A stretch of DNA of 63,676 nt, counting the filler, from Ministeria vibrans ATCC 50519 (taxonomy: Eukaryota; Protista; Filasterea): assembly GCA_943704425.1 (NCBI GenBank). It is 10 parts of 10 records of this genome, joined end to end, with 100 filler letters (N's around TTAATTAATTAA, not from the genome) between each part and the next. Parts side by side here need not be neighbours in the genome. Positions count along the whole stretch, not along the records: positions 14,960 to 46,258 come from CALSCP010000673.1; 9 more parts are not named here. The stretch is one strand, 5' to 3'. Position numbers and translations under genes: made by a program. Below the pieces are notes generated by a model that saw only the letters and a program-made list of their open reading frames with translations, was not told the origin of the DNA and searched no databases. Of the stretch, positions 29,192-43,991 are shown one piece after another. The stretch's first letter is position 1. Every line of letters begins with the position of its first letter.

Positions 29192-31628
29192 ATGAAGGTT
29201 TTAGCCGACGTGAATCATCTGATTAACGTCGGATCCTTTTTTCTATATGGTTGCTACGATGCCGTTGCGTTTCCCACCACGTGGCTAAGTCAGAAAAAGA
29301 AAATAAAAATAATAATGTTTGAAAAGTGAACTTACCAAAATGCTTTGCGTTTGCTGCCACAGCACTCACCAAGAATCCCAAGTGTGCGCGAAACACATGG
29401 AAATGCATCCTGCTCAATGGCTTCATCTTTCTCGGCTCTCTTCAGTTGCTGGTACGTCTCCTAAAAGTTTTCGTCCACAGACGAATGTCGACAGGAAAAG
29501 ACAGAGAACATTTGTCGACCCTCTCGTGCGCTACAGCGGGTGTGTGTTGCGCCCGACTGCGCCCTGCAGCTACTATCCCTCATATATCACATGTGGTCCG
29601 AGGGGATGCCCTCAAACCCACTTGTTTCGTGGATGGACTGCCACAGCCGACCAAGATGGATTTTTGACTCTTGTGGGGTGATTTTGATGATCATTCATTG
29701 ATTCGGACATGCATTATTTTGAGAGAGTGCGGCCATCGATGTAGCTTTGGCGTCTGATCCTTTTGGGGCTTTTTTACTATGAATAATCGGCTGTGTTGTG
29801 TGTGTAGCCCATTGGCATCGACACGATCCTCAACTCCGTCTCCTTAATACCGTCCGTGGAGACGTCGCCTGGCGTCTCGCCGGCCTTCATTGACGTCTTC
29901 CACTACGTCATGGTAAGGATCATGAAGATAGCTCATTGCGAGAGAGAATTCTGAGAGAGAGAGAAGAGAGTTTGAGAGAGAGAGAGAACAAGTGAGTGAG
30001 AGAGAGAACAAGTGAGTGAGAGAGAGAGAAAGAACAAGAGAGTGAGAGAGAGAAAGAACACGTGAGAGAGAGAAAGAACAAGTGTGAGAGAGAAAGAACA
30101 AGTGAGCGAGAGGAAGAAGAATGAAACAAAGGAATAGAAGAGAGAGCTCACATTGCGTACTTGTAGGATTCCACAATCACTCTGTTTTGGCTGCTCCCCA
30201 TTTATGTTATTTGTTTCCTTCTTAACAAGTGCGGAAACAAAAAAAAACTCCTCCCACACCGTCGCATTTATTGTTCTTAACATGTGCGTAGTTTTTGGTA
30301 TGTTGAAATTGCCGATGCAGCGTATCAGTCGCAATTCAAACGAATGACGCGACGCGAATCACATCGGCCCAAACAGGCGCAAGAAGGGTATGATGAATCA
30401 CAACAACACGTGTTGTGCTCGTTGCAAAACCCTGCCCTAGTCCTCCTTAATGCCAAGTACCTCTAATTGCAAGCCCCTCGTGCCTAACCCTAGCTGAAAA
30501 GCTCAAACCGCAGTTCAAACGTCATGCTGTACCCTTCTCAATTATTGTTAACATTCTACCTCTCTTAGGATCATGACGCGCATTGGAGCGACCGTCGCTG
30601 ACATGACGGTCAGTTTGACGCTCTCGATTGCACTGGCCATCCAGATTGCCCTCATGCGCTTCATTCCGGTCTTTGGCGATGCCCTTGGCTTCCTCTTCAC
30701 CTCCTGGCTCTACTCCCTCTACTGCTTTGAGTACACCTGGACAGCGCAGGTTTGTTCTCCTACTCACGCAACTTTCTCTCCCTCTCACTTTCTTACATCC
30801 TTTGAATAGGGAACACCTCTAAAGCAACGACTACTCTTCTTTGAGCGCCGCTGGCCCTACTTCCTTGGCTTCGGCTTTCCCTTCGCCGCCCTCACCTACT
30901 TCTTTACGCCCTTCCTTAGCGGCGCTCTCTTTGCACTGCTCTTTCCGGCTTTTATTGTCATGTCCGTCACGGCCGTTCCGCGTCCCTTTAAACTTGGCAA
31001 ACCCGATCGCGTTGTCCCTAAGAAACTACCCATTTTCTACGTGGCGCGTCTCATGACCGACAACTTTGTGGCCTGGCTCGCTGTGCCTGTCTTTGCCGCC
31101 CTTGGTTCTGTCCTGTCGTACATCTTTACGCGCTTTGTTTGGCCCTTCTTCAAGCTGTTGCGACGGTTGCGACGGCGCCACAATGCCACGAGCAATATCA
31201 GTAGTATGGAGAGGATGACCGTAAGTGGATGGGACACGAAAGAAGAAGAAGAAGAAGAAGAAGAAGAAGGAGGAGGAGGAGGAGAAGGAGGAGTAGTAGT
31301 AGGGGAAGGGGAAGAAGGAGGGGAAGAAGGAGAGGGAGTGCCGGGCGAGGAGGACGCAGGAGGAGTGAGTGTAGAGGCACGGGTGAGGGCACGGATGTCG
31401 GCTTTGCTGCGTGGGGGGGAGCAGAGCGAGACGCAGACGGACGACGACGAACAGCGTTTTCATGAGGCGTTTGACGACGACGAGCAGCGCTTCCACGAGG
31501 CAGTTGATGATGACGACGAGCAGCACTTCCATGAGGCGTTTGGCGAGGGAAGTGCTGTACTCAACGCGAGTGATGATGGCAGTGACGGGCGTTTCATTGA
31601 GACCTCGAGTGAGGCTGAAGACGAATGA
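29192..31628 (+). CDS. EI24: EI24/PIG8 ER membrane autophagy protein with extended acidic C-tail, multi-exon
   Basis: KCILLNGFIFLGS, FWYVEIADAAY, SWLYSLYCFEYTW, QRLLFFERRWPYFLGFGFP, LPIF. Confidence 0.88.
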
Positions 31629-31677
31629 TTGCAGGTGGAAAATAAATAGCAGTGTTGTACGTTTACGATGAAATGAA

Positions 31678-33057
31678 TCACAGTTGCGGAGAAAGTTGGT
31701 GTTGACAGGCAGACCCTGACCAGAGGGAGTCGCAGAGACAGGCGCGAGGAGAGGCGGTGGACTGACAGGCAGAGGACCAGTCAAGCGCAACCATGTCAAT
31801 GCAATTGCCATGGCCACTGCAGTGCGCCGCACGGCACTGCTTGCGGTTGGTAATGCACGCCTGCATGACTGTGCCTGCTGATTCTCGCGTGAGGTACTGC
31901 TCGAGAGCACCGCACTTGTCGCACGAGTTCGTGTCCGACGAAGATCCCCACAGGACGACTGCATCGGCACCCATTGAGGCAGGAACAAGAACAGCCGCAG
32001 CAAGGTCGGACTCAGACTGGAGAGTGAGGCCACCATAGGGTGGGCCGGAACGGTAGAAGAGACCGCTGTACGGCACAATGAGAGGACGATGGTGGTCGCG
32101 CGTGAGACGCACTGTGTTGTTCGCAACGCGGTACAGTTCGTGGATGCCACTCACAACCCACTGTGTCTGATTGGCAGCGGGTGTTTGCACGGGAGATTCA
32201 TCCCTCAGGTAGAAGGACGGCGAGAGCAGACCGATTTCGTTCCATAGCCACTGGAGCTGGTCGTTCCATGTGTGCCAGTTTGTCATGTCGGGAGTAGGAT
32301 TCGAGGCAAGCGCACCAATCATGGGATACTCATAGTAGCCCCAGTGAGCGCGGGGACGCATGCGCTGTGCCAAGCGCAGCGTCTGAAGGAAGAAGCTTTG
32401 GGCAGCCTCGTTGAATTGCCGCTCGGCCTCCGCCTTGACTTGCGTCTGGGACCATGACGGATGGGCGTCCCGGACTAATTTGTCCGAGGCCTTTTGGTAG
32501 GGACTCAGCGAGTCCCAGTTGAGGACATAGAGCACGCGCCAGGCTTCCCAATCTGCAAGGTCGAGAATGAGAGTGGGTGAGTGGTGTGCGTCTGAAGTGC
32601 GTCTGTTGCGCCTTTGCACACCAATAATGAAATAGCCTGAGGCGGACTCGTCCGGAATCTGACTGTCGATGTCAACGCGGACCTGCGCAAGGTGGCGCGA
32701 GAGGTCGCCCAGCTGAGGGATGCCTCCGTTGGTGTACGTTGCGTTGGGCCAGGCGCCCGCCAGGAAGGGCCACAGGCCGACGCGGTAGAGGCACGACACA
32801 CGCGAGCCCAAAAACGCCTGGCCCTCGTTCACGACCAGGCCGTACTTCTCGGGAGTCACATGGTCGCTTGCATTGGCGCACCCTTGGCAGCCGGCACCTG
32901 CGAGGGGCTCTGTTAGGTGTGGTGTGTTGCTGATAAGGGGAAGTTCAAGGTTCGTACTTGGCGCATTCCAAACAATGTCGTAGGCTGATCCGCCCACAAC
33001 ACAGAAGACGACAATGAATTCAATGATCGTGATGATCCTTGATGCTGATGATATCAT
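31678..33057 (-). CDS. Secreted glycoside hydrolase family 56 hyaluronidase with C-terminal EGF-like domain; intron 32553-32621
   Basis: Signal peptide; WNAPS; NGGIPQ; spliced IIDWEAWR (catalytic D-W-E); WGYY; NDQLQWLW; SPSFY; VVLWGSS; CSGHGNC. Confidence 0.92.
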   Translation of the reverse strand: MISSASRIITIIEFIVVFCVVGGSAYDIVWNAPSTNLELPLISNTPHLTEPLAGAGCQGCANASDHVTPEKYGLVVNEGQAFLGSRVSCLYRVGLWPFLAGAWPNATYTNGGIPQLGDLSRHLAQVRVDIDSQIPDESASGYFIIGVQRRNRRTSDAHHSPTLILDLADWEAWRVLYVLNWDSLSPYQKASDKLVRDAHPSWSQTQVKAEAERQFNEAAQSFFLQTLRLAQRMRPRAHWGYYEYPMIGALASNPTPDMTNWHTWNDQLQWLWNEIGLLSPSFYLRDESPVQTPAANQTQWVVSGIHELYRVANNTVRLTRDHHRPLIVPYSGLFYRSGPPYGGLTLQSESDLAAAVLVPASMGADAVVLWGSSSDTNSCDKCGALEQYLTRESAGTVMQACITNRKQCRAAHCSGHGNCIDMVALDWSSACQSTASPRACLCDSLWSGSACQHQLSPQL

Positions 33058-33139
33058 ACGAATTAAAATGTGCTGTAAACAATAATGATCACAATTATCG
33101 AAATTTCATTTCATTTACTGTGTCTTCGTTCCTTCAACC

Positions 33140-35276
33140 ATGCGCGCCCTTGGTGTTATGTAAAAAAGCGTCTGCGTACCACATTTTGGCACCCTAACGA
33201 TACACGAACACACAAAAAACACTCATTATTGATTTGTGTTGTTTTCCGCTCAGACGTCGATCGACGACGAGCGGGTCAGGACGGGCGTCGGCTGGTGCGT
33301 CGAGTCCGACCATTGTACACCTCACAGACGACGACAGCGACGACGAGATCGGCCTTGTGGACATCACCACCGTGCCTGCCGTGCCTCTGATGCCTCGACG
33401 GCGCCCCTTCAAGCCCAAGTACTTTGGACTGCTCCAAAAGGTTTGTCTCATTTTCAAAAAAAGAACGAAACGATTCGGAATTCAAATCTCACTGTGTTGT
33501 GCGTTCAGTCTACTGTGCCACTGGCCATCATTCTGCTGTGCACTCTGGGTCCTCTGCTGCACTACAACGTCTGGATGGTTGGCTGGTGCTCGACCGTGAC
33601 TCCTCCCGGTAAGACGCACTCTCTCTCTCTCGCGTGTGATTGTGCACTCACACTCACTCACACTCACTCCGTCGACGGTGCCGTCGCATATGTATCCTGT
33701 GGTAGTGGGAGCTCTTGCGCGTTCACGCTGCTGGCCCTGTCCTGCACACGCTGTATGCGTTGATTCATCTGGGTACAATTGCCATCCGATGTACAGAAGG
33801 GTAAGTGTGTGTGTGTGTTGCTTGACTGTGTGGTGTAGCAGATATAATTAATATTATTATTATTATGTAAAAGTATGTGTGTCAGTGTTATATTAACCTA
33901 TAATAAGTGTATGATTGCAATTATTATTAATTATATTCTATACTAATTTCTTTTCATGTGTGTATGTATGTGCTCGGTGATGCTTAGGGTCTTTTTACGG
34001 CTTGTGTGCGCAACACGCGTGCGGAACGCGCTGCCGAAGCCATGTCGGTTGCAATGTTCACAATCTTGGCTGAAGCACGAGGTACGTAGCGAATTAATGG
34101 CTGAACGGCCGGATTGAATGAATACTCTGTAGGCAACAAACTGTGCGGCCACTCTGTGCCCACCATGCTCAGTCGAGCAGCGTTGATCGAGCGCGCGACG
34201 GAGCAAGTATGCGGCAGTGAGCCTAGTGAATGCGACGATGCAAGCATCAAGGCGTGGCAGCTGTTTGTCGACGGCACAGCGGGCCCCATTGAGCCTGTTC
34301 ATGGAGGATATACATCTCATGTGCACTCCTTCACGTTCCGTACGTTTGTAATTTTGAGTGTGTATGTGTACGTCTCTCTCTCTCTCTCTGTATCACTTTG
34401 TTCTTTCTCCCTCCCTTTCTCTCTCTCGCTCTCTCTTGACTCTTTGTGTGTTGCTTGCTATGTAGGGTGTTACGTGTGGGTGACCTTGCGCGATTTGTTG
34501 CTCGAGTATTTGGGATACTTTATCAGTAGGCAAATTATGTGTGCGTGTGCATGAGGCTAATAGTCACATTGGTTTAGTTGCGGGAATTGCACTTGTGATT
34601 GCTCTGTGGCTGTTGATCCGACGGTGGAAGAGAGAGCGCAACGATGCGCAAGTGAAGCAGTGGGTTGATGAAGTAGTGACACTGTTGCACCATCAGGTGA
34701 GAGAAATATACTTTGCGTGTGTGTGTGTGTGCGATCGAGTGGCGTTGATGGAGTCAAAGAGTTTACCATTGTGTTTGATATAGGCATCTGTGTCTGCCAC
34801 TCCGTATATTCCGGTTGTACACGTGCGCGACACAGTGGCAATGGGTGTGTCTACATCACAATGGGACCAGGTACGCAACAATAAGCCACACAGGGGAACA
34901 TACCCACGCAACACATACACACACACACACACTCACACAGCCTGTTTCCATGTCGCTAACGTGTGTTTAGGTACTAAAGTGTCTGAGCAGTGACAGTCGC
35001 GTGTCACGCTTCCAGAAACACATCAACGGCCTCGCCCAAGACGTACTCGAATGGAAAGGTACGCCAAAGGCAAAGATACGCACTGGAAACCTATCTCTCA
35101 CACACATACACGCACTCTCTGTCAACTTTTCAGTGCCCATTGGCTCGCCTGTGCGTCTCTCGTCACTCAATACCCCCCGTCAGTTTCCTCCCTCTCCCTC
35201 TGCCCCCTCTCCCCGTTCACCCTCTCTGTACCCTTCTCTGGCTCATCTCACTTACAGTACTCCCACAAAACAATAA
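33140..35276 (+). CDS. MAN1/LEM2/Src1-like inner nuclear membrane protein (2 TM plus C-terminal MSC winged-helix domain); start tentative
   Basis: Two hydrophobic segments around a Cys-containing luminal loop (ALARSRCWPCPAHAVC); C-terminal YIPVVHVRDTV..WDQVLKCLSSDSRVSRFQKHING..LEWK. Confidence 0.72.
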
Positions 35277-35301
35277 ATGTATGCCTTTTTTTTGTGTTCT
35301 T

Positions 35302-37852
<2,551 letters not shown>

Positions 37853-38127
37853 GGCTACTGTAGGATGACTGGTTGACACAGAGAGAGGGAGTCAAAAAAA
37901 AAAGAGAGAGAGACTGAGAGAGAGACACTTACAAATCACAATTCATTGATCTGTCAGCTCTTGCGTCGCTGGCCACACCCTCGGGTTACAGGAGAAGTTA
38001 GAAGTACAAGCAACATGTACAGCGCTGGATCATCTCACTTCTGGACCGCTGTTTAGGGAACTGGCTTCAAATTTCATTATTTCAATTATTAATTTATTAT
38101 CATAATTTTTTATCACTTACTGTTCCT

Positions 38128-39957
38128 ATGCGATTTGGTTACATCGCCCTTGCTTGCACGGTTCTGTTCTGCTCGCTGAGCAGCGTGGCTGCTGCGGGCG
38201 AGATCGTGACGGTGCGTCCATTGTTGAATGATGTGGCGACTTTTCTCAATCTTTTGATGTGTTAGCTGACGTCGCCCGCTGAGGAGACCGCCTTTATCGG
38301 CGACTACTCGGTGTCCATGGTCAACTTTTATGCGGAATGGTGTCGCTTTTCACAGGTAGTCGTGAGAAACACGCGAAAACGAAACGTTTGCTCATCATTT
38401 GCCCTCTCTTGTCCTCTCTTGCGCCCGTCCCTCAGATGCTGATGCCCATTTACCAGCGCACCGCCGAGATCCTGGCTGAAAGCGGGGTGTCTGCAGCGGT
38501 TGCCAAGGTCAACTGCGAGGCATCGCCCGCCCTGGCTGCCGCACACTCCATCTCAAAGTACCCCACCCTGAAGGTCGTGCGCAATGGCAAGTTTGCGCGA
38601 CGCGAGTACCGTGGCGAACGATCTGCCAAGGCCATCAGCGAATTCCTCATCAACCTCACCAAACCTGCTTTCACTGTTGTCCAAGAGTAAGAGGGATATG
38701 CCTCTCTTCTCCCGTTGCCCAAACAACTCTTCTTACTGTTGTGTGTTGTGTAGTACATCTGAGTTTCTGACGCAGCGCAAACCGGGTCGTCGTGCAATCC
38801 TGGCGACACTTGTTAACTCTGCAATGGAAGATAATGAGCCGGCGCACATCTTTGACGATGTGGCGCTCAATCACAAAGACGACTGTGACTTTTTCGCAGT
38901 GCGTTCCGCCGAGTCCACCGACAAACAAGTACGAACACACCGAAGCGATCCGTGACAGAAGACTCATCAAATCCCTTTACGTAGACCTTTGTGGGACACG
39001 ACGGCAGTGAGATCACTCAATTTACAATCGAGAATGATAATTTGGCAGAGGCGTAAGCACGCAGTCAATCTAGTGTCTATTCCGTCGCACTCATCCAGTT
39101 GCTTCCCCATTAGCATGGCTGAGTTTTGCACTCCTCTTGTGCGAGAAATCACATTTGAGAATGCCGAGGCTCTCACCGAAGAGGGACTACCCTTTCTCAT
39201 CCTCTTTGTCAGTCCCGACGATACTCAGTCTATTGTAAGACGCATCAAAAAAAAAACTCATTCATTCCCTTCTCTCTTCTCTCTTCTTCTTCTCTCTTCT
39301 CTCTTCTCTCTTCTCTCTTCTCTCTTCTCTATTCTCTATTCTCTTCTCATCTCTTTCCTTTTCAACTCCCAGAAAACGTTTGAGCAGGAGATCCGCAACC
39401 GACTCATGAAAGACCGGACGCGCCTTAACTTTATCTGGGGTGACGGAAGCAAGTTCACACACCCGCTGCATCACCTGGGCAAGCGCAAGACAGACCTGCC
39501 TGTGCTCGCCCTCGACTCCTTCCGCCACATGTACGACTTTGGGCCCTTTGCCGACATCACCAAGGGTACTGTCCTCCAGGACTTCATTGCCGACTTCAAC
39601 AACGGCATGCTTCACCAGCGCTTTCACAAGGCCCAAAGCGGCCATGGCCATCAGCACGGAAACCTCCGTCGTGACGTATGCCAACAATAATATAATACTT
39701 TGTTTTATTATTTATTTATTATGTGTATTGTCTGCTCCCTCCCTCACTCTCACTCATCCTCCCACCCTTAGCAACAAGCAGGTGATGCGGCTGCCGATGC
39801 TCCCGACACTCCTCCTCCGGCGTCCCCCGACGCTAATGCCCAACCCGACACCCCTCCTCCTTCGTCCAACAACGACAAACCCGCTCCCGTCGAGAGCACG
39901 TTCCGTCGGTTGGGCCCTAGCAAACAGCGCTACTCTCTTTTGCGCGAAGAGTTGTAA
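38128..39957 (+). CDS. ERP44: ERp44 thioredoxin-family ER protein, multi-exon
   Basis: Signal peptide; VNFYAEWCRFSQ (CRFS motif); SKYPTLK..RREYRGERS; PLVREITFENAEALTEEGLPFLILF; HPLHHLGK..DSFRHMY; C-terminus RYSLLREEL. Confidence 0.95.
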
Positions 39958-40137
39958 TAAAAATCAATGAAGCAGCACACTTATTTTGGATCATTTCATA
40001 AATTTCACTCAATACAATCAGAAAAAAGTCAAAGAACAAAAAAGAGTAAAAAAATGTTCTCATCCCCTTCCATATCACTCACTCACTCGGGCTCTCTCTC
40101 TTTCGCAGTTGTGCCAGTGCCTCTTCCCCGTTCCATC

Positions 40138-41537
40138 TCAGTTGCGGGGCGCACGCGCGCCACCCGCACCACGGCCACGACCCGCTCCACCACCACCACC
40201 ACCACTGCCACCACCACCACCACCACGTACTTCGTTGCGGCGCCACTCTTGCACGTCCAGAGGCGCACCGTTGAGCTGGAACGCACGCTTGTTCTCCAAC
40301 GCACGCGCAACACTCTCCGCACTATCCAACTCCACTTGCGCATTGCCGCGGTCTCGCACCACCACAGACAAAACGGTGTAACCCGCAAAAGCGCTCTTCA
40401 GCTCAGCTTCAGACGTCGACGGCGATACCCCTCGAATAAATACCTTACAAAAACCATAAAAAAAAAATTGAGAGGAAACACGTCACAACAACAACAGCAG
40501 CAGCAGAAATATAAAAATAGCTTTACCTGATGGCGCTTGCGAGGACCCGAGCCAGGCGCTCCCATTGAACCAGCGGCACGCCCCATGCCACGACCAACAG
40601 CACGACCAGAGGCGTTCGCTGAGCTACCAGTGGACTCGACGGCAACGACAGCGCTGTCGGTAGTCGGTTCCTCCTTCACGACCTTTCGTGGCGCAGCAGC
40701 TACTTCGCGCTTGGGCGGTGGCGCACCATTGATGGCGGCCACGTTGGCCCAGGTTGACGGCTTAGGCGGTCCCTTGGGCTGCACAGGAGCAGGAGCAGCA
40801 GCAACAGGAGCAGCAGCAGCAGCAGCCGGGGCGGCGGCGACCGGGGCAGCAGCAGCGGCAGCAGAGGCAGGGGCAGGGGCAGAGGCAGCAGCAGCACTAG
40901 TAGTAGAAGCAGTCGCAGCCGCGGACTTGGAGCCCTTCGAAGTCTTCTTCTCCTTGGGAGCCTTGCGCTCGCTCGTGACCACCTCGGTCACAACAGCCAC
41001 ATCTGCGGCGGCGGCGGCGGCGGCGGCGGTGGTGGTGGTGGGAGTAGCGGTGGCGACAACGGGTGCCGGCTCGCTCTTGGTCGGCGACGAAGGCACTGAC
41101 GGCGCCTTGGCGGTGGCGGGCGCAGCCGAGGAGGACGAGGGCGTCGAGGCGTCCGCCAGGTACCGCAGGATGTTGTTACGAACAAAGTAACGAGCCTGAT
41201 CGCCACCGTGGGCGAGAAGGAAGGACTGGGCAAAACGACGAGGGACGCCGTCCGTCTTCCTCTCGGTACCCATCACGGCGACCAAGACGGAGCTGGTGCC
41301 GTCTTGAAGCACGTCAATCGACTCAATCTCCATGACCGAGCCACGGTGTGCCGACGCAGCCGTAACAATGGCATCGCCAGTGGCGCCCTCGCGGTAGCTA
41401 CCGTCGCCAGCCTGGCACGTGAGGAAGCTCCCAGCGCCATCGTAGAGGGCAAGCACCTTTTCGGGTGTCTCCACGATCAAATGAAAGTACAAAGTGCAGA
41501 ATTGCTCGGCAATCAGCGCCGCCGAGTTGTTGCTCAT
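40138..41537 (-). CDS. G3BP: G3BP/Bre5-like NTF2-RRM-RGG protein; coding intron ~40442-40526
   Basis: NTF2 domain (EQFCTLYF..RRFAQSFLL..YFVRNNILRY), PSTWANVAA, RRM exon VFIRGVSP..AQVEL, and an RGG tail. Confidence 0.85.
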
Positions 41538-42385
41538 GGTGCTACCCAACTAACGTACCTGCAAATACGGTTGGACAGAATGTCAAAATAGGCGTGAGCA
41601 CACACAAGAGAAAAAGTCGACAGTGACAAAAAAAAAAAATCCATCATGGGTAAAAAAGAATATTGGGTTGTCAGAAGAAATCTGTTGAGGGGCCACGGAG
41701 ACAGACGAGGGTGCAAGGAGGAGGAAGAGAGCAGTGCGGGGCATCGGGGGTTGGCAATGCGGGCGTGGACGGGCGGACGGCGTTGAAATGGCAGTGGGAA
41801 GAAGACAAGACGATCATGAAAGTGTTGCTCATAAAAAAAAAAAAAAAAAAAAAAAAAGTCCAAAAAGTGACTTGACAACACATGTGGCGGACAAAGATGG
41901 GGCAACGCGCATCGGGACGACACAGACAACACGAAAAAGGGGCGGGGCAGCGCCGAGAGAGTCGCGCTTGGCTCAAGTCGGCGCTGGAATGGTCCATCAC
42001 GTCCCAGACGACACAGCGCCCGTTCGCAGGGCCCCGACGCACACTGCACGCCGGGGGGTCCCTCGCTGAACTTGATCTGTGCGCATCTGGCTGCGTACAG
42101 CGACCACAAACACCAATTGAATGGTCTTTTTTTTTTTTTCTTCTTTTGAAACATTTCTCCAAAGAGGTACACACAAACAGAACAGAGACAACAGCGTCGG
42201 TCCTTGTCAGTTTACGTACCAAGGCAAGAGCAAAGGAGGCAAGAGTTGTGAAAATGTAAGTTGTTTACCGTTAGCTTTAGTCATATTGACAATCTGTTTC
42301 GACTCGGTTTTAATGAGTGAAATGCTTATCCACATTTTTTTTCTTGTCTTACACAGTAAAGCCAGTTAAGCGATCAGAGTTCAGA

Positions 42386-43863
42386 ATGAAGACAATCCCA
42401 TATGCGCCCGGGACATGGCGGACGGTGCACAAGAACACAATGGTTATTTATCTTGCGGACAATGTGACGTCCGACGCTGCGCTGCTGCTGTGCGAACGAC
42501 TGTGCACCGAACACAAGATGGAGGTTAGGCGTAATGGCAACCTCACGATTCGAGCAAGGAGTCCTCGCTCAAAAGACGGCGAAGCGTTTGTAAGTGAAAG
42601 TTTCCCCATGAAAGTTCCCCAAACCCCAAAAGTGACACCGACGCCTCCTTCCTCCCCCCGCTCCCTCTGCAGTACGTCGACTTCAAGACAGGACAGCATG
42701 CCACCAAGGGAAACATGCTTCTGGTCGAGTACGACAATGGGGAGCAGGTTGACGTGGGTGAGACGGTCGCGACCATCCTCGTTGTCGTGCTCGTCTCCGT
42801 TGTCATCGGCCTGCTCGTCGGAGGTGCCGTCAATGCTGGCAGCCACCATGGGGGGTGTGGCGGTGGCGGTGGCCATCACCATCACCACAGTGGCGGAGGC
42901 GGTGGTCATCACCATCACCACAGTGGCGGAGGCGGTGGTCATCATCATCACCATCACCATCATCAGCATCATCATCGCTCTTCCAACTTCATCATGCCTC
43001 TGTACATCTCTTCGAGCTTCTCTTCATCGTCTTCGTCGTCGCGGACGTACACACGTCAGTTGCGCTCGGGTGTCCAAGCGACGGTCACCTATGACGAATA
43101 CAACAACCCTCAACGTCAAATGTCTCCCGTTCCCTGCACCGACTTCGCCACTCGCCAGGCCTTCTTCTACTACTTCTTCGAGAACCTTGCAGCCGCCGCA
43201 CATTCGCTTGAATACGCACAAGTGCCCTACGATGCGAGTCCGCTGATGCTCCAGGCGATGCCGCTGACCCCACACAAGGCACTCGAGGGCCACACCAACG
43301 ACGGTGCGACCTTCTACTCGGTGTACGTGCCCGACGACGCGACGGTTCGAGTGGACATTGCAGGTGCGGCCAACTTGCTGGTGCGCGCTGTCAAGGGCGA
43401 CCACCGACCCAAATGGTACTCGGGTGGCCAGGCTCGCCCTTTTGCCACCGCCAACTTTTCCCAGGCGCTGGTGCTTGCCTCCGGCGCATGGACCGTCGGC
43501 GTGTGGCATGCCAAGATGGGCGTCCACACGACCTTCCACATTGCCATGAGCGAGCCTGTGGCGCTTGAACAGTCGGTCGAGGCGGCTATGGGCGACTCAC
43601 TCAGCTCCCTCGACTGTCTGCGCCCCTCGGCTCCGCCGCAGTACGATACTCTCGACGCTAGTGGCAGCAGTACCAGTGCTGTTCCGACCAAGAGCGGAGA
43701 ACAGGAGACGGAGGAGGACGACGAAGGGGAGGGAGAGGACGAAGGGTGGACGTTGTTGGACGCAGAGACGATTGCCAAGGATGTCGTAGCAACTACGCGT
43801 CGCACCTACGGGCCTGCGTCCTTCCGTCAAGTGGGGCTCACGCGCAAGACAGAGAACACTTAA
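42386..43863 (+). CDS. Unknown single-pass membrane protein with Gly/His-rich repeat (exons 42386-42589, 42673-43863)
   Basis: GTAAGT/TGCAG intron joins two open frames; TM segment TILVVVLVSVVIGLLVGG followed by GGGGGHHHHHS repeats. Confidence 0.7.
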
Positions 43864-43991
43864 CAGGCGTACAGTTACATGATAATAATATTAATGAGTA
43901 TAATGTTAATATGTTATATTAATAATAATTATTATAATTATATGATATATGTCATCTGAACGTAAAAACGCCAGGGTTGATTCGTATTTCG

